Notes under the pieces: model-generated
Told to the model about the DNA's origin: nothing
What the model saw: only the letters and a program-made list of their open reading frames with translations
The model's database searches: none
Translations under genes and position numbers: made by a program
DNA from: Collibacillus ludicampi
Lineage (GTDB): Bacteria > Bacillota > Bacilli > Tumebacillales > BOQE01
Assembly: GCF_023705585.1 (NCBI RefSeq)
Contig: NZ_BOQE01000001.1
Span: 2,418,710-2,450,709 of the forward strand
Length of the DNA stretch: 32,000 bases
Direction of reading: 5' to 3'
Shown: positions 8,262 through 17,124 of the stretch, piece by piece
Numbering within the stretch: position 1 is the stretch's first letter
Layout: each line of letters starts with the position of its first letter

Positions 8262-9245
8262 ATGAAATTTGACATTATTCGTTTAGCGCATGCCGAATTC
8301 AATGTAACTGATTTAGAACGAGCGAGGGATTTTTATGTCAATGCGCTTGGATTTATTGAAACAGAATCAGATTCTCATCATATTTATTTACGTGCTATCG
8401 AGGATGCCAATCATCACTGTCTTGTCTTGACGAAATCAGATGTACCGAGTGTGAATCATATCTCCTTCCGAGTCGGAACGGAAGAAGAATTAGATCGATT
8501 GACCCATTTTTTTGCTACCCAAAACTTGCCGATTCGTTGGCTTGAAAAAGAAGAAGAAAGGGGACAAGGGAGAGCCATCCGAATCCAGGATCCCGGCGGT
8601 ATTCCTGTCGAGTTCTTCTGTGAGATGGAAAAGGCTGAATGCATGCTTCAGAAATTTAATAAGCACTATGGAGCGAAAATCAAGCGCATTGATCACGCGA
8701 ATTGTAACGTTCGCGACATTGATAGGGTGAATCAGTGGTATACAGAGAATTTGGGATTCAAGTGTTCCGAATACACGGTTACAGGTCCGATCGACAATGA
8801 ACGGTTATGGGCTTCCTGGTTGCATCGTAAACCAAGTGTGCATGATTTAGCTCTGATTCATGAGAAAGGACCGCGCATTCATCACATTGGGTTCTGGATG
8901 GAAGATTCGAAATCGATTCTCGATGCTTGTGATTATTTATCGAGTTGCGGTTATTATTCGAGCATCGAGCGCACTCCGGGGCGTCATGGCACCTCTAATG
9001 CATTCTTTGTTTACCTTCGTGACCCTGATGGCCATAGATTGGAATTATACACCAGTGACTATTTCACAGGTGATCCGGATTGGGATCCGATTAAATGGCA
9101 TCTAAGCGATCCGCAACGTGCGACTTTATGGGGAGCAGAGCCCCCTATAAGCTGGAAAAAGGAAGCGATGCCTGTTCAAAATATCTTAACCGGTGAATTA
9201 ATGGAAATCGGTGAGCCCATGATATACAGCGAAATTAGAAATTAA
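8262..9245 (+). CDS. hpaD: Type I (vicinal-oxygen-chelate) extradiol dioxygenase, probable 3,4-dihydroxyphenylacetate 2,3-dioxygenase
   Basis: 327 aa with two VOC/glyoxalase-like modules (LAHAEFNVTDLERARDFYVNALGF; IDHANCNVRDIDRVNQWYTENLGF). Strong RBS AAAGGAGAGAGG. The substrate is inferred from the cluster context. Confidence 0.75.
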   Translation: MKFDIIRLAHAEFNVTDLERARDFYVNALGFIETESDSHHIYLRAIEDANHHCLVLTKSDVPSVNHISFRVGTEEELDRLTHFFATQNLPIRWLEKEEERGQGRAIRIQDPGGIPVEFFCEMEKAECMLQKFNKHYGAKIKRIDHANCNVRDIDRVNQWYTENLGFKCSEYTVTGPIDNERLWASWLHRKPSVHDLALIHEKGPRIHHIGFWMEDSKSILDACDYLSSCGYYSSIERTPGRHGTSNAFFVYLRDPDGHRLELYTSDYFTGDPDWDPIKWHLSDPQRATLWGAEPPISWKKEAMPVQNILTGELMEIGEPMIYSEIRN

Positions 9246-9340
9246 ACAGTTTCATTCCTTACCGACAGTCAGTTGGACGATCTCATGTAACCCAAAAACC
9301 AAGATCAGATCCTCCCTTGAAGAAAGGGAGGCCAGACTTT

Positions 9341-9385
9341 AGACAAAACTCCCTCTATTTTTGTGGCAACGAGGGAGTTTTGTCT
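9341..9385. other. Long perfect hairpin (15-bp stem AGACAAAACTCCCTC/GAGGGAGTTTTGTCT) between convergent genes
   Basis: Perfect inverted repeat at 9341-9355 and 9371-9385 with a 15-nt loop. A smaller hairpin, CCTCCCTT/AGGGAGG, lies at 9311-9331. There is no clear U-tract on either strand. Confidence 0.5.
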
Positions 9386-9397
9386 GCAATCTGAAAC

Positions 9398-9420
9398 ACC
9401 CCCAAGGGGGTATTCTTTTT
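9398..9420 (+). terminator. Intrinsic terminator after the dioxygenase gene (CCCC-CAAG-GGGG + T-run)
   Basis: GC hairpin at 9398-9411 followed by ATTCTTTTT. It lies between the convergent hpaD and GntR genes. Confidence 0.5.
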
Positions 9421-9445
9421 AAGGGGAACTTAGCCAATACGTTTT

Positions 9446-10126
9446 TCAATCATTTTCACTTTCCGATTCATTCCCCATCTTTTTTTGGAATGCCTTTGCA
9501 GTAGCCATAAAATGTTTCCTTACTAGCTCTTCGATTTCCCTTGAAGGGGCTTTTTCCTTAATCATTTGTATGATAAGGGCATGTTCCCCAATGGATTCCC
9601 GAGCACGATGAGGTACATAGGAAAAACCATATTGACGAAATCGCGGCATGAGTTCCCAAGTAGACTGAATCCTTTCTATGAGTAAAGCATTACCGCTATG
9701 TTCAACAATAATCCCATGAAATCTACGATTTAAAATTCCAAATTGATCAAGTTCAAAATGAAAAAGAGCCTCCTTCATTTCTTCATTCATCTGCTCGAGA
9801 AGTTTAATGGATTCTTCCGTGATGGATCGGGAGCTCAGAGCGGTTGCAAACCCCTCTAAGACTGCTAATACCGATAAATTATCCAAATATTCAGACTCAT
9901 TTACGGTACTCACAATTGCTCCACTGTACGGTTTATACTGAATCAAGCCGTCGGCTTCTAATTGACGAATCGCCTCCCTTACGGGAATGGGACTTAATTG
10001 TAGTTCTTTAGCAATCTGATCAATAACAATGCGATGACCTGGTCCATAGATTCCGTCTAGAATGCGCGAACGTAGAATTTCATAGGCATATTGCTTTTTA
10101 CTAATGATGTTCTTTTTCTTTTCCAT
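9446..10126 (-). CDS. GntR-family transcriptional regulator, FadR subfamily (N-terminal wHTH + all-helical FCD-like C-terminal domain)
   Basis: 226 aa. YAYEILRSRILDGIYGPGHRIVIDQIAKELQLSPIPVREAIRQLEADGLI is a GntR HTH, and the helical C-terminal effector domain is of FadR type. It is convergent with the hpa genes, so it is the likely pathway regulator. Confidence 0.85.
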   Translation of the reverse strand: MEKKKNIISKKQYAYEILRSRILDGIYGPGHRIVIDQIAKELQLSPIPVREAIRQLEADGLIQYKPYSGAIVSTVNESEYLDNLSVLAVLEGFATALSSRSITEESIKLLEQMNEEMKEALFHFELDQFGILNRRFHGIIVEHSGNALLIERIQSTWELMPRFRQYGFSYVPHRARESIGEHALIIQMIKEKAPSREIEELVRKHFMATAKAFQKKMGNESESEND

Positions 10127-10132
10127 GACTGA

Positions 10133-10161
10133 ATCATATATTAAATCATTTATGATATCAA
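10133..10161 (-). promoter_or_regulatory. Promoter of the GntR regulator with embedded operator; geometry predicts a leaderless mRNA
   Basis: The minus strand reads TTGATA-(17 nt: TCATAAATGATTTAATA)-TATGAT-TCAGTC-ATG. There is no Shine-Dalgarno sequence before the ATG at 10126. The near-palindrome ATCATAAATGAT sits in the spacer. Confidence 0.5.
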
Positions 10162-10272
10162 GTGGTTTATAAACAAGTACATCAGCTTAATAAGATGCAA
10201 ATCAATTCATTGGTGCAGGAATATATGTTCGCATGACGAATGATTAGGTTAAAGATAAGAGGTGAGAAAAAT

Positions 10273-11544
10273 ATGGGAGTCGCATTTCGCTTTGTTCATA
10301 CAGCGGATTTGCACTTGGACAGTCCGTTTATAGGAATCGGGCAATCCTCCCCCGTCATTCAAGAAAGATTACGGGAGGCAACATTCGCGGCGTTTCACCG
10401 CATCGTCGATCTGTGCATTCGTGAAAACGTTGATTTTTTAACGATCGGCGGGGATGTGTTCGACGGAGCTAACCGCAGTTTGCGAGCACAAGTGCGCTTT
10501 CGTGATGAACTGAAGCGTCTGGGTGAGGCGGGTATACGCTCATTCGTTATTCACGGGAACCATGACCATCAAGGTGGGGAACGGATACGTCTGGAGTGGC
10601 CCGAGTTTGTGCACATCTTCTCCGCCCAATCGGTGGAAGCCGTTCCGGTCTTTCGTGAGGGACAGGAAATCGCGCGCATCTATGGGATCAGCTATCCGCA
10701 CGCGGAGGTTACGGAAAATTTGGCAAAACGGTTTAAAAGGGATGCGGACGCACCTTACGCGATCGCGCTTTTGCATACAAACGTGGGGAGCGAAAATGAA
10801 CATGCCAATTACGCCCCCTGTACGCTCAGTGATTTGAAAAAATCGGGGTTTGATTTTTGGGGACTTGGTCATATTCATAAACGCGCTTTGTTGCACGAGG
10901 AACATCCAGTCATTCTTTATCCGGGCAATCCCCAGGGACGCCATCCGAATGAAACGGGGGCACGTGGATGTTATCTGGTCGAGGTAGACGAGAATGGCCA
11001 TACGGTCTGCACGTTTCATGAGACGGACGACGTCCGCTGGGTCATTGAGGAAATCACGATCGACGGACTGACAAGGGAAGAGGAATTGTACGCTCGATTA
11101 TTGGAACAAATGGATACGGTTTATCGACAACACCGGGGGCGTACCGTGATCGTGCGCATACTGCTCAAGGGTCGGGGGCCCCTCCATTCTTACGTCAAAG
11201 TACGAGACATGAGGGAAGACCTTCTCGCAGCATTACGCGAAAACGCCCCGGTCGATGAGGATACATACATTTTCTGTGAATCGATTCAAACCCGAACAAA
11301 ACCTCTCATCGATAAAGAGATCTTTCGCAATGATCCAGGTCTGCTTGGAGATGTTCTGGCATTGGCTGAATCTTGTCGCACGGAGGAAGGAAGACTTGAT
11401 TTCTTGAGGAAAGCGATTCAACCTCTCTTCGAATCGGCTTCGGCGAGGCAGGTACTGGAACAACCAAGCGATGAAGAACTTCTTCAGTGGTTAGCGGAGG
11501 CTGAAGATGTATTATTGGAACTGTTAGGGAAGGAAGAGGATTAA
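10273..11544 (+). CDS. yhaO: SbcD/Mre11-like metallophosphoesterase DNA-repair exonuclease (YhaO-like)
   Basis: Calcineurin-like phosphoesterase motifs HTADLHLD, GGDVFD, GNHD and GHIH. I prefer ATG 10273, after AAGAGGTGAG. The TAATG stop/start overlap couples it to the next gene. Confidence 0.85.
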   Translation: MGVAFRFVHTADLHLDSPFIGIGQSSPVIQERLREATFAAFHRIVDLCIRENVDFLTIGGDVFDGANRSLRAQVRFRDELKRLGEAGIRSFVIHGNHDHQGGERIRLEWPEFVHIFSAQSVEAVPVFREGQEIARIYGISYPHAEVTENLAKRFKRDADAPYAIALLHTNVGSENEHANYAPCTLSDLKKSGFDFWGLGHIHKRALLHEEHPVILYPGNPQGRHPNETGARGCYLVEVDENGHTVCTFHETDDVRWVIEEITIDGLTREEELYARLLEQMDTVYRQHRGRTVIVRILLKGRGPLHSYVKVRDMREDLLAALRENAPVDEDTYIFCESIQTRTKPLIDKEIFRNDPGLLGDVLALAESCRTEEGRLDFLRKAIQPLFESASARQVLEQPSDEELLQWLAEAEDVLLELLGKEED

Positions 11545-14500
11545 TGCGAATCATCGATTTGCACATTGACGGATTCGGCCATTTTCAAAATCTGCGAGTG
11601 GAACTGTCTCCCGGGTTCATGGTGATCGAAGGACCGAATGAGGCGGGAAAAAGTACATTGCTCGCTTTCATCCGCGGACTTTTGTTCGGTTTGGACAAAT
11701 CGCTCGTACGCCGGTACGAACCGCTTGGAGGCAAATCTTATGGTGGAAGGATGAGGGTTTGCGACCACAACGGACACACCTATACATTGGAAAGAACATT
11801 CGGCCGCAAAGGGGAACCGGTCATCTACCTTCCGGATGGAACACGCGAGGGAAAATCTTTTCTTCCCATACTGACGGGTCCCATTCATTCCTCTGTCTTT
11901 TACAACGTGTTTGCTTTCGGACTCAACGAATTAGAAAAGCTGGAAAGCCTGCAGCATCAAGAGATCCATGAGAGGATATACAGCACAGGTATGGGGCTAA
12001 GTTCGGTCTCACTCGCGGATCTTTTTCGCTACCTGGAAGGAGAGATGGAGAAAAGATACAAACCTCGGGGCAGTACGCAAGTGATTGCCGAATCATTGCG
12101 CACATTAAAAGAATTGCAGAAGAAAATCAGAAGCTATCAAGATTTACCAGAATCGTATAACCGATTGCAAGAGGAATGGCGCGAGATTGAAATACAATTG
12201 TCCCGGCTTGAGAGAGAAAGAAAAGAGAAAGAAGAAAGCATCGCGCACGCAAAGATTTTGCTAGAATTGCGACGCGTGCTGGATGAACGAAACGAAATCG
12301 TTGCGCGTCTCCACTCGTTGCCGCAAACCGGTCGTTTTCCCGCCGACGGACTTACACGTTTGGAGCAGATTGAACAAAGGGAAGCGGAACTACGTGTGGA
12401 GGAACTTCACTTACAAGAAGAACGGCGTGAGTGGAATAGCAAATGGGACAAACTTGCTTCCCCATCCGTTTTTCTGGCGCACGAGAGGGATTATCTCCGC
12501 CTCCGTTCCCTGCGCGAATCCCTGGCAGCCGATCTCAATGAACGTGCTGCCAAGGAAGAATCTCTCGCGATGATGAATCGCGAATTGCATGTACTTCTTG
12601 ACAAGCTAGGTGATCGACGTTCTCTCGATTGGATTGAGCGACTGGATACATCGCTGCCGCAGCGGGAGTGGATTCGCATCCAGGAAAAGCTGCTGTCAAC
12701 TGCAGAACAGGTAGTTAAGGACGTATCTGAACGTTATGAACGGGCCAAAGAAGAATATGATCAAATACAAAACGAATATACGGAAAAGCTGAATGAAATC
12801 CGTGCTTTTGAGTCTTCCTCCCCCTACACGAAAGAGCAGATCGAAGAAAGGGAACTCCTCTTGCAAAGAGTCAGCGAACTGCGACAGGATATTACGATGT
12901 TGCAAAAGGATGAAGCGCAATTGTGTCGTTCACGGGAGGAGCGGACGAAGACACTTGCTCTTTTGATGAACAATGGGAAGGAAACAAGTTCCGCGTATCG
13001 TTGGATCGGTATAGGCCTGACGTTTGTGGGAGTGTTTAGCATTCTCTTGGCCTGGTGGTTTTCCGTTTCAGTCGTTGCTGGACTGGGAATCGGAGCGATT
13101 GCAGGCGGAGGATTGATCTTCTTCTTGAAACGAAAAGGTGAAGAACAATCATCTCCCCGGCAGTTTATATCGGAGACACAGAAGGAATTAGAGCGACTGG
13201 ACCAGGAGATCGCCCACATACGAACGATTCTGGAGGAGAAAAGAGATGAAGCGCGGGACTGTGTGTACAGACTGACAGGTGAAAATCAGCTATCGGAAGA
13301 GAAAATGAAATTCCTTTTTAAGGAAATTAAAGAATTACGTGCAGCCTGGGCGCAACTGAATTGGAGAAAAGCGGCACTCGACGATTTGACAAAAAAGAAG
13401 CTGCAATGTGAGCAGAGGATCCGCTCACTTGCAACTTTATTGGAAAAAGAACAGAGGGAACGGGACAAACGATTCGCTGAATGGGACGCATGGCTGACGG
13501 AGCAAGGGTTGCCCCCGGGGCTGACGGCGATCAGCGTATTGGAAGTGTTTCATGTGATCGAACAAGCCCAACAGCTCGTGAAGCGGAAGCAAGAAGTGAG
13601 CAAAATTCTGAAAGAAATAAACGCGAGGATCAAGGAGACAAGGGATCTTTTGCAAACGTTTCTTGAAAATATAGGAAGAGCACCTATCGATGAAGGGCAG
13701 GAACTCGTTACTTTCGATTCTTTAGAGCAAGAGTATGTGCAGGCAAGTAAGAATGAACAAGAGAGAACACATCTTCTCACTGAATGGGAGAAGTTGGAGA
13801 AAAGGTTGCACATTTGGGAAAAGCAAATGAATGATCTGCGAGAAAAAAAAGAGAAGCTGTTCGGAGTGGCGGGTGTGAAGGATGAAGAATCGTTTCGAAG
13901 GTGCGCCCAACTATGGGCAGAGAGATGTTCACTAGAAAAAGAGTTGACGATCATTGATGCGCGACTAGAAACGATTGCGGGGTCAAAAGCACGATTAGAA
14001 AAACTTTTGCCATCATGCATGGAAGACGAGATCATGACGCTTCAGTCCCGGATTGCCAAGTGGGAAGAAGTAATCGAAAATGAACGGATCATGGTTTCGC
14101 AGTTGCAACAACGCAAGGGGGAGTTAAAACAACAGAGAGAAGAGATGGAAAACAGCCATGAATTAGCCGATTTGCGACTGCAAGTCCAACAATACAAAGA
14201 AAAAGTGAGAGTGGAGGCACACGAGTGGGCGGTCTTTGCGATTGCCAGAGCTCTTTTACAAGAAGCGAAAGAACGTTATGAGCGGGAAAAGCAGCCTTCC
14301 GTGTTGCGCAAAGCGTCTGTCGCATTTCAGACGATCACGCAGGGGCAATTTCGACACATCTGGAGCCCTTATCATGAGCAACAGCAGATCGAGGTGGAGA
14401 CGGCGGAGGGAAGGCGTCTGGAATTGCAAATGTTAAGCAGGGGTACGGCCGAACAATTGTATCTCTCGATGCGGATTGCCCTCATTCAAGAGATGGCGGA

Positions 14501-14717
14501 ACAGGGAATCGAACTGCCTGTTGTCATGGATGATATATTTGTCAACTTTGATCCGATGCGTCTCCGCTCATCGCTCGCTGCATTGCGTGAATTGGCGAAA
14601 ACGCATCAAATCCTGTTTTTTACTTGCCATCCGCATATGGCTTCTCAAATGGTGCAGGAGATCCCTGGGGCTTCGCGCCTTTGTCTTGAAGACCGTCAAT
14701 TGACCCCCGCACGGTAA
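11544..14717 (+). CDS. yhaN: SbcC/Rad50-like AAA ATPase with long coiled coils (YhaN-like)
   Basis: 1057 aa. Walker A is N-terminal (EGPNEAGKSTLL). The middle is very long and rich in E, K, R, L and Q, consistent with coiled coil. The C-terminus has a signature-like LSRGTAEQLYLS and Walker B (LPVVMDDIFVNFD). Two central hydrophobic helices are present. Confidence 0.85.
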   Translation: MRIIDLHIDGFGHFQNLRVELSPGFMVIEGPNEAGKSTLLAFIRGLLFGLDKSLVRRYEPLGGKSYGGRMRVCDHNGHTYTLERTFGRKGEPVIYLPDGTREGKSFLPILTGPIHSSVFYNVFAFGLNELEKLESLQHQEIHERIYSTGMGLSSVSLADLFRYLEGEMEKRYKPRGSTQVIAESLRTLKELQKKIRSYQDLPESYNRLQEEWREIEIQLSRLERERKEKEESIAHAKILLELRRVLDERNEIVARLHSLPQTGRFPADGLTRLEQIEQREAELRVEELHLQEERREWNSKWDKLASPSVFLAHERDYLRLRSLRESLAADLNERAAKEESLAMMNRELHVLLDKLGDRRSLDWIERLDTSLPQREWIRIQEKLLSTAEQVVKDVSERYERAKEEYDQIQNEYTEKLNEIRAFESSSPYTKEQIEERELLLQRVSELRQDITMLQKDEAQLCRSREERTKTLALLMNNGKETSSAYRWIGIGLTFVGVFSILLAWWFSVSVVAGLGIGAIAGGGLIFFLKRKGEEQSSPRQFISETQKELERLDQEIAHIRTILEEKRDEARDCVYRLTGENQLSEEKMKFLFKEIKELRAAWAQLNWRKAALDDLTKKKLQCEQRIRSLATLLEKEQRERDKRFAEWDAWLTEQGLPPGLTAISVLEVFHVIEQAQQLVKRKQEVSKILKEINARIKETRDLLQTFLENIGRAPIDEGQELVTFDSLEQEYVQASKNEQERTHLLTEWEKLEKRLHIWEKQMNDLREKKEKLFGVAGVKDEESFRRCAQLWAERCSLEKELTIIDARLETIAGSKARLEKLLPSCMEDEIMTLQSRIAKWEEVIENERIMVSQLQQRKGELKQQREEMENSHELADLRLQVQQYKEKVRVEAHEWAVFAIARALLQEAKERYEREKQPSVLRKASVAFQTITQGQFRHIWSPYHEQQQIEVETAEGRRLELQMLSRGTAEQLYLSMRIALIQEMAEQGIELPVVMDDIFVNFDPMRLRSSLAALRELAKTHQILFFTCHPHMASQMVQEIPGASRLCLEDRQLTPAR

Positions 14718-14752
14718 GAATGTTATTTAACTGCTTGCATGCGATAAAAATC

Positions 14753-14785
14753 AAAACCCTCGGCTTCTCTTGGGCCGAGGGTTTT
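14753..14785. terminator. Bidirectional intrinsic terminator (AAAACCCTCGGC / GCCGAGGGTTTT)
   Basis: Perfect 12-bp stem with an A-run on one side and a T-run on the other. It lies between the convergent yhaN-like and PBP genes. Confidence 0.85.
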
Positions 14786-14813
14786 TGAGGACAGCTTCAC
14801 GTAACGGCTTCGC

Positions 14814-16808
14814 TCAAAGATCATTTGATTTTTTTGTTGTTTTTTCCTTTTCTTTCTCCTTCTCCTTGTTTTTATCTTGAGCCGTTTTCGCTTGATCCTT
14901 CTTGGGCTCTGTCTCTTGTTGCGGTGGTTTGATATAAGGAGTAGGACCGGTTGCGAAAGATTCCGGAGGGAGGTCGGCTTCAACGCGGCTGATCACTTCG
15001 CGGAAGAGACGAGCCGGAATCTCACTTCCCCCGCGGTTTAAATAATGATCGATATCTGTATGATCAAACCCCATCCAGACCGAAGCGAGATAACGCGGTG
15101 TATATCCGACAAACCATGCATCTTTGTTGCCTGATTCCGTTTCGATCATCTCTGTCGTTCCCGTCTTGCCGGCAACAGGGCGGCCGGGAATACGCGCATT
15201 CGTTCCTGTTCCTTCATTCACAACGACTTGTAATAATGAAGTCATTGCGTCAGCCGTCGATTCTTTCATTACCTGTACAGGTTCCGGCTTGTTTTCATAA
15301 AGAGTTTTATCGTCATCCGTTGATATTCGCTCAATCACATGTGCAGGGATACGGACTCCTTTATTATCGAAGGCGCTGTACGCATCTGCCATTTCTATAG
15401 GGGAAACGCCTTGTGTCATACCTCCGATGGCGAGTGCCAGTCCCGTATCCCATTCATGAAAATGAATGCCTGCCCGTTCCGCGAACGCTTTGCCTGTTTC
15501 CACGCCGATCTGGTTTAGGAGAGAAACGGCAGGTATATTCCATGACATGCGTATGGCGTCTCGCATCGTGACTTGGCCTCGTTCCTTCCGATCCCAATCT
15601 TGGGGCGTATATCCGCCAAAGCTAATCCTTCTATCGTTTAGAATGGATGCCGCATTGTAACGTCCAGTGTCGATCGCCGGTCCGTAGACCATCAGAGGCT
15701 TAAAGGATGAGCCCGGTTGCCTCTTAATTTGATATGCACGGTTTAAACCAAGAAATTCGTGAGGACCGCGACCGCCCATGATTGCCAAGATAGAACCAGT
15801 CTTCGGGTCTTCCACTACCATTCCCGCTTGCACAGGCGTGCCATCCGCGGCGTTCGGATGAAAGTTGTTCGGATCCTGAAACGCTTTCTCCATAATGTTC
15901 TGAATGCCAGGGTCAAAATCCGTGTAGATTTTGTAACCCCCTTTAAATAGGTTTTCTTCGGGCATGTGCAAACGTTGTGCGGCCTCATACAAAACGTACT
16001 CCACATAATAAGGGGCGTTTGGTGCAGGCGGTTTTGGTTTTTCTTTCAATACATATAACGGTGCCTGTTTCGCTTGATCGCGCATGACAGGAGTTATGTA
16101 ACCGTTACGAGCCATCGCATCAAGTACGAGATTACGCCTTTTCAACGCCATATCCGGATGGACGAAAGGATTGTAGTCGGTAGGAGCTTGCGGCAATCCC
16201 GCCAAGAGTGCACATTTGGCCAGGCGTTCAAGGGGCGGATCTTTCTTCATATCCTCGATACTTTGGCCAAAATAGGTTTTTGAAGCCGCTTGGATTCCTG
16301 TTGACTCAGCGCCGAAGAAGACATGATTGAGATACAACGCAAGGATTTGCTCTTTGGTATACCTTTTTTCCAAATCGGCTGCCAGAGAAAGTTCTCTGAC
16401 CTTTCGTTCATACGTGCGGTCGGAACTCAGATACACGCCTTTCACTAACTGCTGGGTAATCGTACTCGCGCCTTCGACTGTTTCTCCATGGCTAAAATTA
16501 CGATACGCGGCTCGTAAAATGCCTTGGATATCAAATCCTTTATGCTCATAAAAATTCTTGTCTTCAATTGCAATCAAAGCTTGTTGCAACTCAACGGGAA
16601 CGGAACTTAAAGGCACCGGTTCCGCCTGGTTTGGTTGAATCTCGGCGATCACCTTCTTATTGCGGTCATAAATGATCGTCGAGATCCGCTTCTGAACCAG
16701 CTTGTTGGGATCAAGCGGCGGAATCGAAATCGCGGCTTTTACAGCATAAGTAGCAGAAGCTGAAAGAACGACAGCGATTCCGATGCTGAATGCAAACCGC
16801 TTCCACAT
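14814..16808 (-). CDS. Class A penicillin-binding protein (bifunctional glycosyltransferase GT51 / transpeptidase)
   Basis: GT51 motif ALIAIEDKNFYEHKGFD, transpeptidase motifs SSFKP and KTGTT, and an N-terminal TM anchor. I prefer ATG 16808 (MWKRFAFS…), after AGAAGGGGG. The C-terminal tail is rich in K, E, T and Q. Confidence 0.9.
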   Translation of the reverse strand: MWKRFAFSIGIAVVLSASATYAVKAAISIPPLDPNKLVQKRISTIIYDRNKKVIAEIQPNQAEPVPLSSVPVELQQALIAIEDKNFYEHKGFDIQGILRAAYRNFSHGETVEGASTITQQLVKGVYLSSDRTYERKVRELSLAADLEKRYTKEQILALYLNHVFFGAESTGIQAASKTYFGQSIEDMKKDPPLERLAKCALLAGLPQAPTDYNPFVHPDMALKRRNLVLDAMARNGYITPVMRDQAKQAPLYVLKEKPKPPAPNAPYYVEYVLYEAAQRLHMPEENLFKGGYKIYTDFDPGIQNIMEKAFQDPNNFHPNAADGTPVQAGMVVEDPKTGSILAIMGGRGPHEFLGLNRAYQIKRQPGSSFKPLMVYGPAIDTGRYNAASILNDRRISFGGYTPQDWDRKERGQVTMRDAIRMSWNIPAVSLLNQIGVETGKAFAERAGIHFHEWDTGLALAIGGMTQGVSPIEMADAYSAFDNKGVRIPAHVIERISTDDDKTLYENKPEPVQVMKESTADAMTSLLQVVVNEGTGTNARIPGRPVAGKTGTTEMIETESGNKDAWFVGYTPRYLASVWMGFDHTDIDHYLNRGGSEIPARLFREVISRVEADLPPESFATGPTPYIKPPQQETEPKKDQAKTAQDKNKEKEKEKEKTTKKSNDL

Positions 16809-17035
16809 GAAACACACGCCCCCTTCTATGAAGTCGTATGGAAGTTTTTGTGCTTCATTCTCGATATACAATTCCAGTCTATGTATCCCTCTGGAAAACT
16901 AGGTCTGAAAATTTGTTAATACAAGTATAATCGAAAGAGTTATACCTGTCATGAAACGGAAGTCCCTTTTTAAGCCCTCCGATCTCCTTCTCTTTGGCTC
17001 GCTAAAATATGTATCGATTGAATCTTTTCTCAGCA

Positions 17036-17071
17036 TAGAAAAAGGCATGCTTGTCATGAAACAGCATGCCT
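17036..17071 (-). terminator. Intrinsic terminator downstream of the CoA-transferase gene
   Basis: The minus strand has stem AGGCATGCT/AGCATGCCT (17043-17051 and 17063-17071 on plus) followed by TTTTTCT. Confidence 0.75.
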
Positions 17072-17124
17072 ATATATAGAAAGTGGGAGATTGCCATTTT
17101 AGGGAATTTCACGATGGTCGAACG

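Noticed and set aside
13550-14035. 161-aa minus-strand ORF, plus several other 60-130 aa ORFs inside 11544-14717
   Set aside because: These are antisense or out-of-frame shadows of the repetitive, purine-rich coiled-coil coding sequence of the YhaN-like gene. Their translations are Ser/Phe/Cys-rich nonsense.
10273-14717. YhaO/YhaN nuclease-ATPase pair as a possible novel phage-defence system
   Set aside because: The metallophosphoesterase plus Rad50-like ATPase pair with a TAATG-coupled junction matches the conserved Bacillales yhaO-yhaN (SbcD/SbcC-like) DNA-repair operon. There are no neighbouring mobile-element or defence-island hallmarks, and its GC looks host-like.
14820-14890. Pyrimidine-rich, short-period repetitive DNA (ttttccttttctttctccttctcc…) as a possible repeat locus or CRISPR-like array
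   Set aside because: It is simply the reverse complement of the codons for the Lys/Glu-rich C-terminal tail (…KNKEKEKEKEKTTKK) of the PBP. There is no repeat-spacer architecture.
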